Part shown: positions 46,986-55,066 of the stretch, one piece after another | How the letters are laid out: each line of letters opens with the position of its first letter | Numbering within the stretch: position 1 is the first letter of the stretch | Program-made: the position numbers and the translations under genes | Source: Neolecta irregularis DAH-3 | Taxonomy: Eukaryota | Direction: 5' to 3' | Assembly: GCA_001929475.1 (NCBI GenBank) | Contig: LXFE01000122.1 | Location: forward strand, 1-55,066 | DNA: 55,066 bases | Notes under the pieces: generated by a model | Told to the model about the DNA's origin: nothing | The model's database searches: none | What the model saw: the letters and a program-made list of their open reading frames with translations, nothing else

Positions 46986-48006
46986 TTACATATCCTCGGT
47001 AGACCATCCGTACGCCTACAATCAGTAGAGCTTGCGAAGAGAGAGAACATACCGCTTCTTCCCGAAGCTTTACTTCATTCTGCTTTGTGAAATATTGTTT
47101 TTCAAACCCATTTGAGCGATCTACGCCGTCCCAACGATACCCAGGCAAAACTCCAAACCGATTTGGCATAGAAGCGCCCTTGAATGTTGACTCTGTATTG
47201 GCCTTTCCGTCTTTGGTTTTGCCTTTGGTACTGAGAAATGAAGCGGCGGGATCATTCCAACGTTCTCGGGATTTAAGTTCTTCATTCATTACGATATCAT
47301 CTACTGTCCTGAATAATTAGACCCACGGTTTACTTTTGAATCATACCGAGCAAACGGCACGGCTTTGATCTCTTGAAGCTGCTTTCGCCGTTCTTCCTTC
47401 TCGCGCTGCTGAACCACACCCATTCCTAATTCTTTTTCCTTCTTTTTCCTGGCTTCTTCGGCTTCGAGTTTCTTTCTGGCTTCGGCTCTTTGAAGCGCAA
47501 CATCCACCCGTCGTCCCGTAGCATCACGATAAATGGTCTCCGCACCTCGTCCATTCATAGTCGGGTCCTCTTTCATATACCTCCTTCTATCCTCGTCTTG
47601 TTGTTGCGCTAGATTACGACTCACTTGTTCGGCTGTATGTAACCCCATAACAGTTCTCAATTCATCAGTATCTTGTCCAACGATCTCTGGTTGCTCGTCG
47701 TCGGCAATCTTTTGACTTTCTTGAACAGTTTCCCAATTCGAACGCTCCGCAGCGGCAAAGGATTTTGGGTTTGCCGAGTCTAAAGCATTCTCGACTACAA
47801 TGTTTAAAGTTTCATTCTTTGATTTGAAACTCACGAACTACTGCATCCTCCACATCGTCTTGACCTCCGCTATGAACGACCTCCCATCCCATAGCTTCAT
47901 TATCATCGATCCTCAGAGCACTTTCTTCTTCCTTCTTCCTCCGCTTTTTCTTCTTTGGATCGTCCTTTGTCAAATAATTCTTCGCTAGATAGTCCGCCAG
48001 AGACAT
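46986..48006 (-). CDS. BUD13: Pre-mRNA splicing factor Cwc26/Bud13 (RES complex)
   Basis: [53 protein letters not shown]. Three introns. Confidence 0.95.
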
Positions 48007-48126
48007 TTTGAAGGCGAAAGGGTATGTTTAGTTGACTATAACCTGAGTCACGGGATCTTCGCCAAGATTGTTCCTCGATAACAATACCGCCAAATAAAAT
48101 TTTACCCTTGGAGCTTGTGTCATTAT

Positions 48127-49082
48127 ATGGGGAAACGAAGACAGGAGGTGGGTCAGTCTCAGAATAGTAGTGAAGAGAGTGGGGATGATGGAAAAGAGAT
48201 GAACGTTGATGAAGTCGAAACTGTTAATATCGATTTCGAATTTTTCGACCCAGAGGAAATCGATTATCATGGAATTAAGAATCTTCTCAAACAGCTCTTA
48301 GGAGCTTACTCGGATCCGATAGATATTTCTGCGTTGACGGATCTGATAGTGAAAGATTCTCTCGGGTCTACTGTGAAAGTGGATGGAAAAGAGAGTGATC
48401 CATATGCATTTCTGACTGTACTAAGCTTACAGAAAAATTGGGTACGACAGCTACTTGCAAGAATAATTGTTCTCACAGAGATAGAATAATCCTGGAATTC
48501 AAAAACTCTCTCAATATCTTCTCGAAAAATCTAAAGCTGAAACAAACATCTATGGGAAGCTGTCACAGTTGATGACAGCAGATTCAAAGTTTCAACTCGG
48601 TCTGATTTTCACTGAACGTCTGATAAACATGCCTCATGAAGTTGCTCCGCCAATGTATAGAATGCTTGTGGAGGATATTAACAACATTGTGCAAGAGGCA
48701 TATCGCTTGGATTAACTCTCCTGATTTATTTAGGATGAACAATACAAATTTGACTATTACTTGATTATTTCAAAAGCCTATGTTGAAGTTGACATTGCCA
48801 AACCCGGGAAAAAGAAAAAGAAGACCAAGGTATATCTATCAATAAAAGTGATTTGCTTTGACATGTTAGACACAGAGTGAAAATGCAACAGGTTTCTTCC
48901 ATATGGAAGATGCTCTATTCCAGAAGAACTCAATTGCATCATTATTTTATCCTTGTACCATTTCTGGAAAAGACTCTGTCCTACAAGAAGTTGGGATTAA
49001 GCCTCAAGGCTGTCTAATATTGATAAAGAACGAAGAAATGTTGAAATGCATCACAGAGTTGCAAACTAAATGGAGTGTTTAG
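48127..49082 (+). CDS. BCP1: Bcp1/BCCIP family protein
   Basis: VNIDFEFFD, DYHGIKNLLKQL, GSTVKVDGKESDPYAFLTVL, ERLINMP.EVAPPMY. Three introns. Confidence 0.93.
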
Positions 49083-49205
49083 TACTCCAACAAACCTGTA
49101 TGCTCAGATAATGTATATTTAGCGCCGAAAAAGCAGAATACATGCAAAAGATAAACCCGCAAATAACCTGTGAGATGCAGAAGGATTACGAATAAATATG
49201 CAGTC

Positions 49206-51508
49206 TTACCCAACGACCCATGCTCCTACATTTCCATCTCTCCGGCCCTCAATCATATAGCCCTCCTTACAACGAACGCAATCAATGGCAACAATTGAGG
49301 GAGCTCCTTCTTCCTTTTCTATTCCTGGCCCAACCATCCAGTGTCGACCATCGGAGCGATCGTAAACCCTAACAACATCGGTTCCAGTTGCCGAAACTAC
49401 TCGGCGAGAATCGAAATGCAGTGACTCTACACCTTGATCATAGGTGAATGCGTCATATATAGTGCCCATGCGCAGATCCCATATCTTCTCATTAGCTTGT
49501 ATCATCTATTACACGTACCCGTATGCTCTTGTCTAGACTCCCAGTAATCATATGGATTTCGTCAAACTGCAGACAGGTAATGGGTCCAGTATGTCCGGCA
49601 AGCGTCCGATGGATTTGACCGCTTCGTACTATACATTCAGTGTCTTGACTTGCACTTTGTGCTTACAGTCCCATAAACGAACCATGCCGTCCGCAGTGCC
49701 GCTAGCGAGAGCGGCATCATAGCATTGAAGGGCAGCGACAAAAGGCGACTCGACACGTCTGCCTGCACCAAAACCAATCTGGCCAATCCTATCTTCACCA
49801 AGAGGACCTGCAGAAGACTGAGCAGCAGCCCAGAGCACGTCAAGAGTCTGAACACATCTCCCTGTAGATATATCCCATTGCCGAATCGTTTTGTCAGATG
49901 ATCCCGATACGAGCGTATCTTTATGAAAGTGAATAGCAGTGACTTCGTCAACATGAGATTTGAATTCGTAAAGACAGCAATCCTGAGTAGAGGCAGACCG
50001 ACTAGCATTGTAGGAAAGGTATGAGGAGTGACCACTCGTAACACTCGAACTATCTTCCTCGAAAGCTGAATCTGATTTGTTGATAAGATTGTGAATAGCG
50101 CTGGGGGGTGCAACAGGTCCTATGTCCATTGAGCTAATATCCCACAGACGTATTGAAGCATCTGCGGAGCCAGTCACAATGAAAGAATCCTCCATCTGTA
50201 AAGCTCTTACTGAAGCTAGATATTAGTTGAGTTTCGAATATCGTCCCAACCTTTGTGTCCTTCTAATTGGCCAATACATCTTCCTGCGCTAAGATTCCAA
50301 ACCCGTACGGTATCATCCATAGAAGAAGTAACCATGTAACCAAAAGGCGAATCAAAATCAATTGCTATAATAGAGTCCTCGTGCGTTTTCCAGGACTAAA
50401 TATGAAATCAGCTCAGTAGAAAAGAAACCCTCGTACGTTGAGTTTTGAACCAGCTTTAGAATGCTCATGCAAAACTGGTGCAGATTTCCTCCCTGAGAAG
50501 TAAGCAAGATAATTCAGTACCAGAGTTGTATATACGCAGAGCTCTCCGTTTACGAGCCTTTGAACTATTGCTCTTACAGTATATACTATCCGACATAAAA
50601 CCCATTGTAGAGTTTGCCGACTCCAGAGAGATTCCGGTTTCAACTTCAATCTTCTCAAGCTCTTCCAGTTCTTGTGCATCGGCAATCCTCATTTCGATGT
50701 CACGAAGTTGGGTTTCGAATTCATTTTCTGCGGTTTCAAATTTAGCCAGTCGTTCGAGAGCACTATTCCGTAGAGCGGTCAATACGTTGAGTTTGGCATC
50801 GACATCCTTAATTTCAGATAGCACCAATGCCTGAGCAGAGAATTAACGATGACAAGTCGAGTGTAACCACGTACCTTTCGTACACCTGCCACGTGAAGAT
50901 CATGCGATATGTGATCTTTTTCCTTGTAAAATTTCGTTATTTCCGAGTGCCTGCTTTGACCATTTGCTTTGGTAAATTGAGCTCTCTCTGTGATATACTA
51001 ACGTACCATTGGGACTCTGTAGATCTTGCGCTTCATTAAGTAATTTACCCATAGAAGAACGCGATTTTGGGGATCTGTACTTTTTTAATTCTTTAATTTC
51101 TGGGAAGGTTGCTTTAAATCCATCCAGAAGGGAATACTGTAGATCATCCACATCGGGAATATCGAACAAGAGGTCATCAGGAAGATAGGTAATTGCACGA
51201 AAGTTTATATCGCTGGGAGATAGGGTCGATCTGATGAGCTCCGTCGGGGAAGAAGCCGACAACATTCGTTTCTGAATCCCAGGTCTCTTAAGCTGTGGGG
51301 CTATCTGGGCCATGTGCTCGTGATATACTTTTGGAGCAATCTTTTTCGATATAGGTGCCAGCCAGGCTGAAGTTTGGGAAGACACCGTCTGTCCGAGAAA
51401 AGACAGGCCAAATTTTACCGCGGTAGTCGCTTTTTCGGCAGTTAAATTTACTGGGTTGTTGTCATCGAGCATAGAGGCGATTAATTCAGATCGGTTATGT
51501 GCAGACAT
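49206..51508 (-). CDS. MDV1: Mitochondrial fission adaptor, coiled coil plus WD40 (Mdv1/Caf4)
   Basis: [23 protein letters not shown], coiled coil, [37 protein letters not shown]. Seven introns. Confidence 0.9.
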
Positions 51509-52472
51509 TCAATTCGAGATGATACTGTGGACATCAAGTATATGCCGTCGAAAATGCAGTTTGCTCGATATTCCTCTGTACAGATATCGTTGTCGCTAGA
51601 TCTTGGTGTCGTGTCGTTTGGGCTCTGGTGTAAATGGCGGTTGCTTTAGTGGGCATTCGACATCTCGATTTTAATTCAGAACAAATTCGCATCCAACTAA
51701 ATTGCCAGAGACGTGACTCTAGCATGATTGTAAATGTTCCTGTATATTATCGACTTCTTGGCCTTGGTTTCGTCTTGTAATAGAAACAGATCTTGCCAAT
51801 TGCAACCTCGGTGACCGTTTGAAATTTGCCACCTATTCTGACAGTATGACACAAGGCTGGAATACAGATGTATATTGCTGATATCTATGCAAGATAGATT
51901 TATAGACTATTACAGCTACCGAGATCACTTAGTTCTCAGTCCGCGTCTTGGTCATTTGTACGACTTCCTCCATGACAACAAAGCTCATGTCGAAAGGTAA
52001 CTCTCATTTATCATCTGCTATCTTGACACTCAATCCTACGTTCCTCCTCGGAAGATTCGGATGGTCTTTGTTATCTTTTCTATCTCTCCCACTTCACTCC
52101 ATTCGTTATAGCCTTTTGTTCTTACATTGCTTTACTGGTCCTTTCGTTCCTTTCGTCCGTTATGCAATTCAGGGTTATACATCTCCTCAAAGATGGATGC
52201 GACTAAAATAAATTTCCGAGACATGTCCCAAGCCTGAGCAAGTTTAAGCATCTCTGATATTTCGGATGCTGTGATTTGAGCAAAGCAGCATAGTTCAAGT
52301 GTTTAATGTTGGAGGCAGTACACATTCTTCCAAGAATTTGTATGATAGGTTTATCCTCGTCATATATATTACGTGCATCAGACATCCAAAAATCCATTCC
52401 CAAATTACCTCCTCCCTACCAACTCGCGAATCTATTCCCGGATCTATTTAAGCGAGACGCTCGATAAATTCG

Positions 52473-54893
52473 ATGATTCTTACAGGGTCTTCTGGGAACT
52501 ACCGCAATTCTGTATGCGGTTATTTACCTATTGAGAACTACGGTTTAATCGGGAATCTCAGAACCGCCGCTCTGATTGGAATCGATGGATCTTGCGACTT
52601 TCTGTGTCTCCCCTATTTTAGTTCCCCTTCAGTATTCTGCAGATTGCTAGATAAAGAAAAGGGAGGTTACTTCAGTATCACACCGTTACATGAAACCACG
52701 TCGAAACAGCAGTATTTGCCATCAACTTGCATTCTCGCGACCAAATTCCTCAGCGAAGAAGGAGTATCGCAAATCACAGACTTCTTTCCTCGACCTGCGA
52801 AATGTGGAGAAACGTTATTCCCTTGGATGGTTCGGAGAGCCGAATGCATACGCGGTGATGTTACGCTCAAGGTTGAGATATTCCCTGCTTTCGATTACGC
52901 TCGTGCCAAGCATGATCTTACAATGTCGAATGGAAAGATTTTATTCTGGAGTGAAGATGCCCAAACAGGTCTAGAATTATCTTATTTAGCAGAGGACAAC
53001 GAGGAAGAGTGTAATCCCGAAGTCAATTTTGGTATGAGGCAATCCATGTCTTTAAATCAGCCTAAGACCTTGTAGAAGTTGTTTCCCAAAAAGGGCTTCT
53101 TAGTGCGGGTGCTATAGCCCATATTACTCTCACAGAAGGTCAAGCAGTAACATTTTCTATACGTATGTTCAACATCGTTTTGCGTCCTCATGTAAAGGTC
53201 AACTCCATACCCCGTCCAGTCAGCCAGAAGCGCATCTTTCTGAAAAATTAGTTCAAAAGCTACAAGCAGATACTCAAACCTACTGGGGGGCTTGGATTAT
53301 GAAATCAAACTACAGAGGCCGATGGCAAGAGTTCATCATTCGATCGGCATTGACGCTCAAACTTCTTACGTTCGAGCTCACTGGAGCAGTCATTGCATCA
53401 CCTACATTCTCGCTTCCTGAATCAGTATCAGGAGCTAGGAACTGGGATTATCGATATACTTGGATTCGAGATAGCGCTTTTACAGTTTATGCATTTCTCA
53501 GACTGGGATTTATCGAAGAAGCAGATGCTTATATGAAATGGATCGAAGGTCGTATGGAGCATCGGAACCCAGTTGGCGACGAACGCGGCCCTATTAACAT
53601 CATGTACACAGTATGGGGGACTTCAGATATCGAGGAACATGAGTTGAGTCACCTTGAGGGCTATAAGTCGAGTGCACCCGTAAGAATTGGAAATGGCGCT
53701 AGCGAGCATCTTCAGTTGGATATTTATGGGGAACTGATGGATGCCATCTATCTCTATCATCGAGTGTGTATCAGCAGTTAATCTCAATTCTAACTGACAA
53801 GCTCGGGCGTCCGATCAGTTATTCTATGTGGTGCCACGTTCGGGTTCTCTGTGATTGGTGCTTTCATTTGAGAGATGTATGAAGGCTAAATGCAACAGGG
53901 TTGTGGACAATTGGGGAAGAGGAGATATGTCTATTTGGGAAGTAAGGTCCCAAAAGATGGTGTGCCTTCCTCTGGTGAATGCTGACGGGTGACCCTAGAA
54001 GCAGTTTACGTATTCGAAAGTGATGCTGTGGGTAGCTCTCGATCGGGGTCTTCGACTTGCTGACAAGAGATCGTTCCCATGCCCACATCGTCATATGTAC
54101 GCTTGGTCGTGGATTTCTCTGACAGTAGATGGTTGAAGACGCGAGATACGATATATGAAGTTATAATGACAAAAGGCTGGAATGAGAAGATGAATGTGCA
54201 TCTTCTCATGCTATACTAAAGCTTACTTGCAGTGCTTCATACAAGCTTTCGAAGAGCCCGAGATTTTAGATTCTGCAGTTCTTAGTATATTCCTAGCCTT
54301 TATTCCGCTGATAGCAGTTATGCCGCTTGTCTTTTTCATTTCTCCCAATGATCCGCGGTTTGTCTCTACTATCAAGCAGATTTTAAAACCACCCGAGAAA
54401 GGCGGGTTGACTTCCAATGGCCTAGTATTCAGGTGTATGACACTAGATTGAGCAAAACCTTGACACAGCAGATAATCATTTGAGGGCCCATGACGGTGTG
54501 GGAGGAGGAGAAGGAAGTTTCTCGATGTGCACATTCTGGCTAGTCGAAGCTATGACCAGAGCAGGTCAATATGACCGGGAGATGCTTGCAGCCGCAGTTC
54601 GCATGTTTGAAGATATGGTATGATCAGCTGACTTTATTGTCGTTCATGATTAGTTGGGCTATGCGAATCATTTATTCTTATACAGTGAAGAGATTGCACG
54701 AAGTGGAGAAAGTTTAGGGAACTTTCCTCAAGCCTTGTGAGTTATACTTTTGCTTTTTTTTATCAGACTAATGGGTTTGCAGCACTCATATCGCGTGTAT
54801 TTCAAGTGAGAGTTCTTTCTGAATTATTGTCTAACAGAAACAGCGGCATTTAACCTTGATCGAGTGCTGAGTGGCATTCGACGAGCTGATTGA
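52473..54893 (+). CDS. Glycoside hydrolase family 15 (glucoamylase/trehalase-like)
   Basis: [75 protein letters not shown]. About 12 introns; 5' end uncertain. Confidence 0.92.
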
Positions 54894-54962
54894 AGAAGCG
54901 AACGTTTAACAATATTAAATAGTCATGTATATCTACATATACCAACATGAATAAACACATCT

Positions 54963-55066
54963 TCAAACTTTAACCATCAATGAGCCCTTGTTACCGACCA
55001 GGGCATGGGAGGCGGGAAAAGCGCGTGAGGCAGGTGAGGCAATCAAGTCAGGCGAGTAGGATAGGC
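54963..55066 (-). CDS. Possible 3' end of a gene running off the window
   Basis: Open frame LSYSPDLIASPASRAFPASHALVGNKGSLMVKV* convergent with the GH15 gene. Confidence 0.25.
   Translation of the reverse strand, partial: LSYSPDLIASPASRAFPASHALVGNKGSLMVKV

Noticed and set aside
17788-48006. Three spliceosome-related genes (SmF, CYP10, BUD13) as a functional cluster
   Set aside because: They are widely separated among unrelated housekeeping genes, consistent with chance.
51948-52470. Short ORFs upstream of the GH15 gene
   Set aside because: No recognisable motifs and no consistent exon chain; probably leader or promoter sequence, though a missed 5' exon cannot be excluded.
1-55066. Alternative genetic code or frameshifting as the cause of fragmented ORFs
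   Set aside because: The breaks examined in the recognisable genes are resolved by short introns with branch-like motifs under the standard code.

Overview
Very gene-dense eukaryotic DNA, ascomycete-like; an early-diverging lineage such as Neolecta (Taphrinomycotina) is my unverified inference. About 37 protein-coding genes lie in 55 kb, with intergenic gaps often under 100 bp. The genes are broken by roughly 120 very short introns (manual count; mostly 31-45 nt). Recognisable genes: KCS1, APP1, Cdc11/Nud1, chorismate mutase, ZPR1, ALG2, a RING protein, a taspase-like protein, ARP3, ORC6, SmF, DUF866, a PPR protein, LCB3-like, Rho4, DAD1, CYP10, MRPS5, TRM2, a UCS myosin chaperone, TYW2, SSP120, an NRC-2-type kinase, a TBC GAP, an SDR, BCD1, a mitochondrial carrier, a J protein, DUF4504-like, BUD13, BCP1, MDV1 and a GH15 enzyme. 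The main signal is an apparently relaxed splicing code. Restoring conserved protein motifs calls for GA-AG (ARP3), TT-AG (ZPR1), AT-AC (SSP120), GT-GG (LCB3-like) and GT-TG (J protein) introns, six GC-AG introns and several GAG acceptors. Other highlights: a chorismate mutase with an in-frame signal peptide, an orphan secreted protein with a PAN/apple-like motif, a nested stem-loop ncRNA candidate, a 40-bp bidirectional promoter with a shared GTCACG motif, and recurrent G-to-C skew switches. All gene models and splice sites were derived by hand and lack transcript support.
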